NCBI GenBank assembly: GCA_963783305.1
Contig: CAWAMW010000016.1
Span: forward strand, 384,001 to 448,000
From: an uncultured Gemmatimonadales bacterium
GTDB lineage: Bacteria; Gemmatimonadota; Gemmatimonadetes; Longimicrobiales; RSA9
DNA length: 64,000 nt
Reading direction: 5' to 3'
Of the stretch, positions 52,142-61,251 are shown piece by piece; positions within the stretch are counted from its first letter, which is position 1, and each line of letters opens with the position of its first letter. The position numbers and the translations under genes are program-made. The notes beneath the pieces are model-generated. The model saw only the letters and a program-made list of their open reading frames with translations. It had not been told where the DNA came from and made no database searches.

Positions 52142-53008
52142 ATGATCACGATCCTGCACGTGTCGGATCTCCATTTCGGACCTCCCTACCTTCCGAACGT
52201 GGGGGAGGCGCTGCTCCAGGCGGCGCACGCCGTGGACCCCGACATCGTGGTGGCGAGCGGAGATTTCACGCAGCGGGCCAAGGAAGAGCAGTTCAGGGAG
52301 GCCCGCGCCTTTTTAAACCGGATGCCGGCGGTGCCAACGGTCGTGGTGCCCGGGAACCACGACGTGCCGCTGTACCGGATCGCGGAGCGGATCTTCAACC
52401 CGTACAAGTACTACAAGGCGTACATCTCCGAGGAGCTGGACCAGGTGGTGAGCACGGACGATGTGCTCATTGTGGCGCTCAACTCCACGAGCCCCCTGCG
52501 GCATATCACGAATGGCCGAATCGAAGCGAGCCAGCTGCGGTTCACTCGCCGGGCGTTCGACCGGGCGACGGATCGCCAGGTCCGGATCGTCGTGGCGCAT
52601 CACCATTTCGCCCCCGCCCCGGATTACGAGGGGGGCGAGGTCATGCCGCACGGGAAGTATGCGATCGACGCGTTCACGGAATCGAAGGTCGATCTGATCC
52701 TGGGCGGGCACCTGCACCGGGCCTACATCGGCAACTCCCTCGACCTCTACCCCGGGCTCGACAAGGACCACGGGATCATCATCGTCCAGAGCGGCACGTC
52801 CACATCCCGGCGCGGGAGGGTGCGGGAGCGGGAGAAGAACTCGTTCAACCTCATCCGCATTACGGACGAGGTAATCCGCATCACGCACTACATGTTCTTC
52901 GACGATACCGGTGGCTTCGCGTCCGTGAGCCGTCATATCTTCCCTCGCAGTCATGTCGCGTTCTTCAGTGATAGCGTGACCGCCGCCCTGGAGGACGGGA
53001 GCGTGTGA
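52142..53008 (+). CDS. Metallophosphoesterase (calcineurin-like)
   Basis: SDLHFG, SGD.TQR, PGNHD, HHH, GH.H. Confidence 0.9.
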   Translation: MITILHVSDLHFGPPYLPNVGEALLQAAHAVDPDIVVASGDFTQRAKEEQFREARAFLNRMPAVPTVVVPGNHDVPLYRIAERIFNPYKYYKAYISEELDQVVSTDDVLIVALNSTSPLRHITNGRIEASQLRFTRRAFDRATDRQVRIVVAHHHFAPAPDYEGGEVMPHGKYAIDAFTESKVDLILGGHLHRAYIGNSLDLYPGLDKDHGIIIVQSGTSTSRRGRVREREKNSFNLIRITDEVIRITHYMFFDDTGGFASVSRHIFPRSHVAFFSDSVTAALEDGSV

Positions 53009-53134
53009 GGCGGACCTTCTGTGGTGGCGCCGCTGAACCGGGCGGTGCGCTTTGCAGCAATCCCGCGAGATCGATTCGATGAGTAAGCTCATCCGTCCTG
53101 TTCCTCTCCACTCTTCAATCGGGCAGGCGTTCCG

Positions 53135-54298
53135 ATGGCGGTGAAGCGGGCGGCCCGGTACGCGCTCATTGCGGCGGCGGCGCTGGTTGTGCTGCTGCTC
53201 GTCGTGGCGGTCGTGCTGACGCGGACGCAGTTCGGTGGCGAGCGCGCCGGCCGCCTCGCCATCGAGCAGGTCAGCGGAGCCATCGAGGGCGATCTGGCCG
53301 TGGAGCGGATCAGCGCGGGGAACGTGCTCCGTGGCGTCACGCTGCACGGTGTCACCCTGCGCGGACCCGACGGGCGCCTCTTCCTTGCCGCGGATAGCGC
53401 CCGGCTGGCATACCGGTTCCGTACCCTCCTGAGTGGCTCGCTCGTCTTCGATCGGCTGATCCTGCACGGCCCGGAGGTGGTCATTGAGCGGCTGCCGGGG
53501 CAGGAGCAGTGGAACTACCAGAAGATCTTCCCTGGTGATACGGCCGCCGCGCCGGACACGGCCGGCGTGCGGGTCGTTCTGCTGGAGGACCTGCGGGTGG
53601 AGAACGGCCTTGCCATAGTCCGCATGCCCTGGGAGCCGGAGGGGCCCGTGGCGCCGGAGGATACGGCGCGCCTGATCCTGGAAGAGGTGCCCGGCGGGCT
53701 CGTTCGGACCATGCGCTTCGAGGCTTTGAACGCCCGGCTCCCGCGGATCGTGTGGGAGGCACCCGGGGAGCGGACGCGACTGATCGAAGTGGGAGAGCTT
53801 ACGACCCGCGCCTATATCTGGGAGACCCCGATGCACGTCGAGGCGCTCGAGGGCGTGCTCACCATGCGCGACTCGCTCCTGGCCTTCGAAGCGCCGCGAG
53901 CGCGCCTCCCTGACTCCGAGCTCGCGCTGCGCGGCACCGTCATAATCGGCGAGGAGAAGATCTACGACATCCAGATCGATGGTCGTGATCTCGCGTTCTC
54001 CGACTTCCAGTGGCTCTACCCGCGGCTTCCGGAGGAGGGCGGCGGTGCCATGCAGCTCCGGATCCATACCCAGGATGATGGGTCCATCCTGTGGCTCGCC
54101 CGTGACGCGCAGGTACGGACGAGTGGGACGGAGCTGGCGGGATCATTCGGGGTGGTGACCGGGGACAGCCTCTACTTCACCAACGTGGATCTGAACGGGT
54201 TACCCCTGGACTTCGATCTCCTCCAGCGCCTGCTCCCCATGGACCTCCAACTCGAAGGACTCATGGTCGGGGGCGTGGAGGTGGAGAGCTCGCCATGA
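53135..54298 (+). CDS. AsmA/TamB N-terminal-like membrane-anchored protein (short)
   Basis: N-terminal TM followed by T..G, then beta-rich repeats and the L..P.V...R......WN motif. Confidence 0.6.
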   Translation: MAVKRAARYALIAAAALVVLLLVVAVVLTRTQFGGERAGRLAIEQVSGAIEGDLAVERISAGNVLRGVTLHGVTLRGPDGRLFLAADSARLAYRFRTLLSGSLVFDRLILHGPEVVIERLPGQEQWNYQKIFPGDTAAAPDTAGVRVVLLEDLRVENGLAIVRMPWEPEGPVAPEDTARLILEEVPGGLVRTMRFEALNARLPRIVWEAPGERTRLIEVGELTTRAYIWETPMHVEALEGVLTMRDSLLAFEAPRARLPDSELALRGTVIIGEEKIYDIQIDGRDLAFSDFQWLYPRLPEEGGGAMQLRIHTQDDGSILWLARDAQVRTSGTELAGSFGVVTGDSLYFTNVDLNGLPLDFDLLQRLLPMDLQLEGLMVGGVEVESSP

Positions 54299-54376
54299 TC
54301 CACGGGGCTCGATCCATGGACCGCGGGACTGCGCCGGGGGTATAGCCGCAGCGAACCCACGCACTCGAGAGGGACA

Positions 54377-55240
54377 ATGCAGCAGATCAAGGTCTTCGTG
54401 CTGATGGCGGGGCTCACCGCCCTGATGGTCGTGCTCGGCGGCTACGTTGGCGGACAGAGCGGAGCGATCCTCTTCTTCGCCTTCGCGGCCCTGATGAATT
54501 TCGGGATGTACTGGTGGAGCGACAAGGTGGTACTGAAGATGTACCGCGCCAGGATCATCGACCGCGGCGAGGCGCCCGAGCTCTACGACATGGTCGATCG
54601 GCTGCGTCAGCGCGCCGGGCTGCCCATGCCGACCCTCGCGATCGCGCCGTCCGAGCAGCCCAACGCTTTCGCCACCGGCCGTAGCCCGGAGAAGGCGGTC
54701 GTCTGCTGCACGGCCGGGATCCTCAAGCTGGTGGACCAGAATGAGATCGAGGGCGTCCTCGCCCACGAGCTCGCGCACATCAAGCACCGGCACATGCTCA
54801 CCAGCACCGTGGCCGCGACCATGGCCGGCGCCGTGGCCATGATCGGCCGGGTGGTGACCTGGGGCGCCATCTTCGGGATGGGGGGACGCGATCGGGAGGG
54901 AGGCGGCCTCGGCATGATCGTCATGGCCATTGTCGCGCCGATCGCGGCCATGATGATCCAGTTCGCCATCAGCCGCCAGAACGAGTTCCAGGCCGACCGC
55001 ACGGGCGCCGAGATCAGCGGGAACCCCATGGGGCTCGCCAGTGCGCTCCAGAAGCTCGACGCCTACAGCCGCCGGATCCCCATGCAGGTGAACCCGGCCG
55101 GGGCCTCGCTGGCCATCGTCAATCCGCTGGCCGGCGCGAAGTCGCGCTTCAGCGGGATGTTCAGCACCCACCCCGCCACGGAAGAGCGCGTGGCTCGCCT
55201 GCGCGAGATCGCCGGCGAGCTCTCCTCCCCAACCGTTTGA
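54377..55240 (+). CDS. htpX: Zinc metalloprotease HtpX
   Basis: PNAFATGR, HELAH, SRQNEFQAD, FSTHP...ER. Confidence 0.95.
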   Translation: MQQIKVFVLMAGLTALMVVLGGYVGGQSGAILFFAFAALMNFGMYWWSDKVVLKMYRARIIDRGEAPELYDMVDRLRQRAGLPMPTLAIAPSEQPNAFATGRSPEKAVVCCTAGILKLVDQNEIEGVLAHELAHIKHRHMLTSTVAATMAGAVAMIGRVVTWGAIFGMGGRDREGGGLGMIVMAIVAPIAAMMIQFAISRQNEFQADRTGAEISGNPMGLASALQKLDAYSRRIPMQVNPAGASLAIVNPLAGAKSRFSGMFSTHPATEERVARLREIAGELSSPTV

Positions 55241-55261
55241 GGGGGGCCCCGTGGTCGCACA

Positions 55262-56212
55262 ATGAGCGATTCGGGAGCGGATGACCGTGTGGCCGGCCCC
55301 TACGCCAATCGCACGTTCATCATCCTGAACCCCATGGCCGGGCAGGAGGACCCCCAGCGCCTGCGTCGAATGATCGGGGGCGAGTTCGCGGCACAGGGCG
55401 CGTCGTTCGATCTCACCCAGACCGAACGCGCCGGCCACGCCACCGAGCTCGCCCGGGAGGCTGCGGCTCTGGGCTACCGCGCCGTCTGTGTGGTCGGCGG
55501 GGACGGCACCCTCGGAGAGGCGGTGACCGGCCTCGCCGGCACCGACACACCCCTCGCCGTCATTCCCCGAGGGACCGCCAACCAGGTCGCGCGCAACCTC
55601 AGGATCCCCGCGAACCTGGAAGAGGCCGTGCGCGTGGCGGTCCGCGGGAAAGCGGCCCCCGTCGACCTCGGGCGGATCGGCGACCGCGTCTTTGCGCTGG
55701 TGGCTGGAGCAGGTCTGGACGCGGCCGTCATGGCCAGCGCGACGCGCGGGATGAAGGAGCGCTGGGGCTTTGCCGCCTACGTGTTCGCGGCGGTCAAGGA
55801 GGTGCTCAACGCGCAGCCGGTCGACTTCCGCATCACCGCCAATGGCGAGACGATGGAAATCCGGGCGGTCAGCGTCATGCTGGCCAACGTGGGGGAGCTC
55901 TTCGCACACTTCTTCCCCTTTCCGGTCCCGCTGGCGCCGCGCCCTCGCAGCTCGTGGCAGGACGGCCTCTTCGACGTGGTCATCGTGGCGCCGCGCAACG
56001 TGATCGATGTGCCCGGGATCGTCTGGAAGGCCATGGGCAAGCAGTATGAGGGGGACGACGACCGGCTCCTCCATTTCCAGGCCCGGGAAGTGACTATTGA
56101 GGCCGATCCGCCCATCGCCGTTCAGATCGACGGCGATCCCGCTGGACTCACCCCCATGTCGGCCACGGCCATCGAACGGGGCGTCCTCCTGATCGCGCCA
56201 GCGCTCTCGTGA
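55262..56212 (+). CDS. Diacylglycerol kinase family lipid kinase
   Basis: ILNP.AG, GGDGT..E, P.GTAN, DG.FDV, QIDGD. Confidence 0.92.
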   Translation: MSDSGADDRVAGPYANRTFIILNPMAGQEDPQRLRRMIGGEFAAQGASFDLTQTERAGHATELAREAAALGYRAVCVVGGDGTLGEAVTGLAGTDTPLAVIPRGTANQVARNLRIPANLEEAVRVAVRGKAAPVDLGRIGDRVFALVAGAGLDAAVMASATRGMKERWGFAAYVFAAVKEVLNAQPVDFRITANGETMEIRAVSVMLANVGELFAHFFPFPVPLAPRPRSSWQDGLFDVVIVAPRNVIDVPGIVWKAMGKQYEGDDDRLLHFQAREVTIEADPPIAVQIDGDPAGLTPMSATAIERGVLLIAPALS

Positions 56213-57090
56213 GCCTGCGCCACTCCCGGACGCAGGAGATCCGGCGAGAGGACGTGCTCGCCGCCGATGGCACCCGGCTGGCGCTCTACCGCGTGGGGCC
56301 CACCGGCGGTCCGCCGGTCGTGCTGATGCCGGGCACCTTTTCCAACCACACCTTCTGGCTCGGGACGCGCGCTCACGGATTCGCCTGGGCTCTGGGCGAG
56401 GCCGGATTCGAAGCGATCGTCCTGGACGCGCGCGGCCACGGCGGAAGCGAGCGGCCGTCGGGCCAGGACTGGACCTTCGACCACTGGGGTCGTGTGGATG
56501 TGCCCGCCGCCGTGGAGGCCGCGGCCACCGATGGCCGCCCGGTCCTCCTCGTGGGCCATTCCGCTGGCGGCGCCGCCATGCTCATGGCGCTGGCGGCGGA
56601 TCCGGCCGTCCGCGAGCGCGTGGCCGGTGCCGTGATCCTGGCCACGCCCGTCCCCTGGCTCCAGCACTGGCGCCGGGTGTCTGCCTGGGGGATCCGGACA
56701 CTCTCCAGGATCCTGGGCCGCTTCCCCGCGCGGCTGGTCGGCCTCGGCCCCGAAGACGAGCTGCCGGGGGTCATGCGCCAGTGGATGACCTGGAACCTCC
56801 GCGGGGAGTGGCTCTCCGAGGACGGGGTCGACTACGCGCGGGAGCTCCGGTCCGTCCGGGTGCCGGTCCTCGGGATGAGCGGAGCGGGCGACACCCGATT
56901 CGCGCCGCCCGCGGCCTGCCGCGCCCTCATCGAGATGCTCGGGTCCGAGAACGCCACCTATCGCGTGGCCGGCGTCGAGACTGGCTTCAGCGAGGACTTC
57001 GACCACGCCGGCATCGTCGTGAGCCGTGCCGCACACGAGGAGGTGTGGCCGGCACTCATCGAGTGGCTCCGGGAGCACGCACCCGCCTGA
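56209..57090 (+). CDS. Alpha/beta-fold hydrolase
   Basis: D.RGHG.S, GHSAGG nucleophile elbow, C-terminal D and H. Confidence 0.9.
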   Translation: MSLRHSRTQEIRREDVLAADGTRLALYRVGPTGGPPVVLMPGTFSNHTFWLGTRAHGFAWALGEAGFEAIVLDARGHGGSERPSGQDWTFDHWGRVDVPAAVEAAATDGRPVLLVGHSAGGAAMLMALAADPAVRERVAGAVILATPVPWLQHWRRVSAWGIRTLSRILGRFPARLVGLGPEDELPGVMRQWMTWNLRGEWLSEDGVDYARELRSVRVPVLGMSGAGDTRFAPPAACRALIEMLGSENATYRVAGVETGFSEDFDHAGIVVSRAAHEEVWPALIEWLREHAPA

Positions 57091-57210
57091 CCCCGCTGGT
57101 CAGGGTCGGGGCTTGCACCCGATCGCGACCCGGGCGACATTCAACGTCTCTGGCGGTCCGGCGATCGGGCCCTTCGCAGTCTCTCACAGACAATCGGAGT
57201 ACACGCTTCC

Positions 57211-57774
57211 ATGGCGATGTCCGCCTCTCAGATCCGGCGCGGCAACGTGATCATGCACGACGGTGAGCCGTGCCGCGTCGTCGAGACCCAGCACGTCAAG
57301 CCGGGCAAGGGTCCCGCCTACATGCAGTCGAAGCTCAGGAACATCCTGAACGGGACGATCTTCGAGCACCGGTTCCGCTCCGCGGACACCGTCGAGAAGG
57401 CGGACATGAACACCCGCGAGCTCCAGTTCCTCTACCATGACGGTCAGCACCACTACTTCATGGACAAGGAGACGTTCGAGCAGTTCCCCATCGGGGATGA
57501 AGCGCTCGGCGACGAAGGCAAGTGGCTCATCCCGAACATGGACGTCCAGGTCGAGTTCCTGGAGGGCAGGCCCCTGGGGATCCAGCTCCCGCGCATCCTC
57601 GAGCTCGAGGTGGTGGAGACCGAGCCTGGCGTGCGCGGCGATACCCGCACGTCCGTAACCAAGCCCGCCACCCTCGAGAACGGCGCCGTGGTCCAGGTGC
57701 CCGCCTTCGTGGACAAGGGCCAGGTCATCCGCGTCGATCCCTCCGAGGGAACGTACATCGAGCGCGTTCGCTGA
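57211..57774 (+). CDS. efp: Elongation factor P
   Basis: HVKPGKG, QFLY.DG, KPATLE.G..VQVP.F, Y..R. Confidence 0.97.
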   Translation: MAMSASQIRRGNVIMHDGEPCRVVETQHVKPGKGPAYMQSKLRNILNGTIFEHRFRSADTVEKADMNTRELQFLYHDGQHHYFMDKETFEQFPIGDEALGDEGKWLIPNMDVQVEFLEGRPLGIQLPRILELEVVETEPGVRGDTRTSVTKPATLENGAVVQVPAFVDKGQVIRVDPSEGTYIERVR

Positions 57775-57815
57775 CCCGGGCGGTCTCACCAGGCCGTTCC
57801 AGCAGGGCGTCTCCG

Positions 57816-57843
57816 GGGCCGGGCACCACGCCCGGCCCTTTCT
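57816..57843 (+). terminator. Rho-independent terminator of efp
   Basis: GGGCCGGGC-ACCAC-GCCCGGCCC-TTTCT. Confidence 0.7.
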
Positions 57844-57881
57844 GCATCTTAACCCTCGGCGCGTGCAGACAACGTTCACAG

Positions 57882-57898
57882 GCGGCCCGGGAGTTGCA
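57882..57898 (+). promoter_or_regulatory. Candidate sigma54 promoter
   Basis: GCGGCCCGGGAGTTGCA. Confidence 0.5.
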
Positions 57899-57959
57899 AA
57901 AGGGGAGGGATGTCACCGCCGCTCGTGCGGCGCTGTACCTTCGGAACGGAGTGTGGACC

Positions 57960-58106
57960 ATGCTGTGGACTATCGTCATCATCCTGCTGATCCTGTGGCT
58001 GCTGGGATTCATATCCGGCACGATGGGCGGACTGATTCATATCCTGCTGGTTATCGCCATCATCGTCGTGCTGATCCGCGTCATCCAGGGCCGAAACCCC
58101 ATCTGA
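57960..58106 (+). CDS. Small lmo0937-family membrane protein (48 aa)
   Basis: MLWTIVIILLILWLLGF...GGLIHILLVIAIIVVLIRVIQGR. Confidence 0.88.
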   Translation: MLWTIVIILLILWLLGFISGTMGGLIHILLVIAIIVVLIRVIQGRNPI

Positions 58107-58112
58107 GGGCGA

Positions 58113-58149
58113 GAGCGGGGGCGGCTCAGCCGTCCCCGCTCCTCTCTTT
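58113..58149 (+). terminator. Probable terminator hairpin
   Basis: GAGCGGGGGCGGC-TCA-GCCGTCCCCGCTC followed by CTCTCTTT. Confidence 0.55.
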
Positions 58150-58284
58150 GGGCCGTCCCCGTCGGCTCCGGACCGTCAATGAAGAGGTCGGTTTCCCGCG
58201 TCGGCACGCCATGGACCGCGGCGCCCGCCCCCGGGTATACACCACCTTCGACCACGGCCCAGGCTTTTTCCCGCACCACATCGC

Positions 58285-61149
58285 ATGGACGAAAAACTCA
58301 TCGTTCGCGGCGCCCGCGAGCACAATCTCCAGAACATCGACGTCGAGATCCCGCGCGACCGGCTGGTGGTCGTCACCGGCATCAGCGGTTCCGGGAAGAG
58401 CTCCCTGGCATTCGACACGATCTACGCGGAGGGCCAGCGGCGGTACGTCGAGTCGCTGTCCGCGTACGCCCGCCAGTTCCTGGGCGTCATGGAGAAGCCG
58501 GACGTCAATGTCATCGAGGGGCTGAGCCCCGCGATCTCCATCGAGCAGAAGACCACGGGTCGGAACCCGCGCTCGACCGTGGGCACGGTCACCGAGGTGT
58601 ACGACTACCTCCGGCTCCTGTGGGCCCGCGTCGGTACGCCACACTGCGCCGACTGCGGCCGCCCGGTCGAGCCCCAGACCGCCGGGCAGATCGCCGACCG
58701 GGTGCTGGGCTGGCCTGAAGGCGCTCGAATCGAGGTCCTCGCACCCCTGGTGCGCGGCCGGAAGGGGGAGTTCCGGGAGCTGTTCGAGGAGGCACGCAAG
58801 AAGGGGTTCGTGCGCGTGCGGGTGGACGGAGAGACCCACGACCTCGAGAGCCCCCCGACGCTGAACCGGTACGAGAACCACACCATCGCGGTGGTCGTGG
58901 ACCGGCTCGTGGTCCGGGCGGAGGATCGTGCTCGCCTGGCCGACTCCGTGGAGACGGGGCTCAAGACCGCGGACGGCATCGTGGAGGTGGTCCTGCACGG
59001 CGGCGAGGAGCCCGAGACCTTCCTCTTCAGCGAGCGCTTCGCCTGCGTCCACTGCGGCACCAGCATCCCCGAGATCGAGCCGCGGCAGTTCAGCTTCAAC
59101 AGCCCGTACGGCGCGTGCGACGATTGCGGTGGCCTGGGGACGCGACTCGAGGTGAGCGAGGATCTCGTGGTGGCCGACCCGTCCATTTCCATCCTGGAGG
59201 GCGTGATCATCCCGTGGGGCGCGCCCACGGGTCACCTGCGGCGGTCCGTGGTCGAGGGCATCGCCAGTCACTACGACTTCGAGGCCAACGCCAACTGGGG
59301 CACGCTCCCGGAGGAGACCCGGCGCGCGGTGCTCTACGGCTCGGGCAGCACTAAGATCGAGTTCCCCTACAGCTCGGGAGGAAAAAAGGGGAGCTACAAG
59401 GAGCCGTGGGAGGGCGTCCTCGAGAACGTGAAGCGGCGCTACGAGGAGACCAGCTCGGAGAACGTCCGCAGCCAGCTCCGGGAGTTCATGATCCCGCAGC
59501 CGTGCCGCACGTGCGAGGGGCATCGCCTCCGGGCGGAAAGCCTGGCGGTCACCGTCGCGGGGCGGAGCATCGGCGAGATCGCGGATATGAGCGTGAGCGA
59601 GGCGCTCGACTTCTTCCGCTCCCTTTCCCTCGACGACGACGAGCCGGCTGGCCCCCAGGCGCTCCCCGCCCGCATCGCCCGTCCCATCCTGAAGGAGGTC
59701 ACCGAGCGGCTGACCTTCCTGGTGAACGTGGGGCTCCAGTACCTCACGCTGGGCCGGAGCGCGGAGACGCTGAGCGGCGGTGAGGCGCAGCGGATCAGGC
59801 TTGCAACGCAGATCGGCAGCCGGCTCGTGGGCGTCCTCTACATCCTGGACGAGCCCAGCATCGGGCTCCATCAGCGCGACAACGAGCGCCTGCTGGAGAC
59901 GCTGCGGCAGCTCCGCGACCTGGGTAACACCGTCATCGTCGTGGAGCACGACGAGGAGACGATCCGCTCCGCGGACCACGTCATCGACCTGGGCCCCGGC
60001 GCGGGCCGGCATGGCGGGCACATCGTGGCCCAGGGGACGGTGGACGACCTGATCGAGGCCCCCGGCTCGCTGACCGGTGCCTACCTGCGGCGTGAGAAGT
60101 CCATTGCCATACCGGCCGAGCGTCGTCGGCCCCCGAAGAAGCGGACGCTCACCGTGCGCGGCGCGCGCCAGCACAACCTGAAGGACATCGACGTCCACTT
60201 CCCCCTGAGCACGTTCACCGCCGTCACTGGCGTGAGCGGCTCGGGGAAGAGCACGCTCGTCAACGAGATCCTTTTTCAAACCCTGGCCCGCGACATCAAT
60301 CGCCGTCGCACCATTCCCGGCGCTCACGACGCGGTCGAGGGGATCGAGTACGTCGACAAGGTGATCGAGATCGACCAGTCGCCCATCGGACGTACCCCAC
60401 GATCGAACCCGGCCACATACACGGGCCTGTTCACGCCCATCCGGAGCCTGTTTGCCGACCTGCCGGAGTCGAAGATCCGCGGGTACGCGCCCGGCCGCTT
60501 CAGCTTCAACGTGAAGGGCGGCCGCTGCGAGGCCTGCGCCGGCAATGGCCTGGTCAAGATCGAGATGCACTTCCTGCCCGACGTGTACATCCCGTGCGAC
60601 GTCTGCCGGGGGAAGCGCTACAACCGCGAGACCCTCGAGGTGCTCTACAAGGGGCGCAATATCGCCGAGGTCCTGGACATGACCGTGGATGAGGCGCTGG
60701 AGTTCTTCGCTGCCGTCCCCTCTCTGAAGCGCCGGCTGGCCACCCTGAGCGATGTGGGGCTCGGCTACATCCATCTCGGTCAGTCCGCCACCACACTGTC
60801 CGGCGGCGAGGCTCAGCGTGTGAAGCTCGCCACCGAGCTCGCCAAGCGCGATACCGGTCAGACGCTCTACATCCTCGATGAGCCCACCACCGGTCTCCAT
60901 TTCGAGGATGTCCGCCTGCTCCTCGATGTCCTGCACCGTCTGGTCGACAAGGGCAATACCGTTCTGGTCATCGAGCACAACATGGACGTCATCAAGACCG
61001 CCGACTGGGTCGTGGACCTCGGCCCAGAGGGCGGGGCCGAGGGCGGCGAGATCGTCGGAGAGGGCACTCCGGAAGAGCTCGCCGCCAACCCGCTGTCCCA
61101 TACGGGCCGATTCCTCGCCGACGTCCTGGGCATGGCCCCCGTCGGCTGA
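58285..61149 (+). CDS. uvrA: Excinuclease ABC subunit A
   Basis: [21 protein letters not shown], two LSGGEAQR and LDEP motifs, Zn fingers. Confidence 0.98.
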   Translation: MDEKLIVRGAREHNLQNIDVEIPRDRLVVVTGISGSGKSSLAFDTIYAEGQRRYVESLSAYARQFLGVMEKPDVNVIEGLSPAISIEQKTTGRNPRSTVGTVTEVYDYLRLLWARVGTPHCADCGRPVEPQTAGQIADRVLGWPEGARIEVLAPLVRGRKGEFRELFEEARKKGFVRVRVDGETHDLESPPTLNRYENHTIAVVVDRLVVRAEDRARLADSVETGLKTADGIVEVVLHGGEEPETFLFSERFACVHCGTSIPEIEPRQFSFNSPYGACDDCGGLGTRLEVSEDLVVADPSISILEGVIIPWGAPTGHLRRSVVEGIASHYDFEANANWGTLPEETRRAVLYGSGSTKIEFPYSSGGKKGSYKEPWEGVLENVKRRYEETSSENVRSQLREFMIPQPCRTCEGHRLRAESLAVTVAGRSIGEIADMSVSEALDFFRSLSLDDDEPAGPQALPARIARPILKEVTERLTFLVNVGLQYLTLGRSAETLSGGEAQRIRLATQIGSRLVGVLYILDEPSIGLHQRDNERLLETLRQLRDLGNTVIVVEHDEETIRSADHVIDLGPGAGRHGGHIVAQGTVDDLIEAPGSLTGAYLRREKSIAIPAERRRPPKKRTLTVRGARQHNLKDIDVHFPLSTFTAVTGVSGSGKSTLVNEILFQTLARDINRRRTIPGAHDAVEGIEYVDKVIEIDQSPIGRTPRSNPATYTGLFTPIRSLFADLPESKIRGYAPGRFSFNVKGGRCEACAGNGLVKIEMHFLPDVYIPCDVCRGKRYNRETLEVLYKGRNIAEVLDMTVDEALEFFAAVPSLKRRLATLSDVGLGYIHLGQSATTLSGGEAQRVKLATELAKRDTGQTLYILDEPTTGLHFEDVRLLLDVLHRLVDKGNTVLVIEHNMDVIKTADWVVDLGPEGGAEGGEIVGEGTPEELAANPLSHTGRFLADVLGMAPVG

Positions 61150-61251
61150 CGCTGCCCCTCCACGCCTCTTCACGGGTTTCCACGGTGCCGTCGAGGGCAT
61201 AACGTGGGACACGGCCCGACCAGGGAATCCCGACAGAGCGGAGTGACCTAC

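Noticed and set aside
57101..57117. Sigma54-like site upstream of efp
   Set aside because: GG-N10-GC is present, but the -24 element lacks GGC; too weak.
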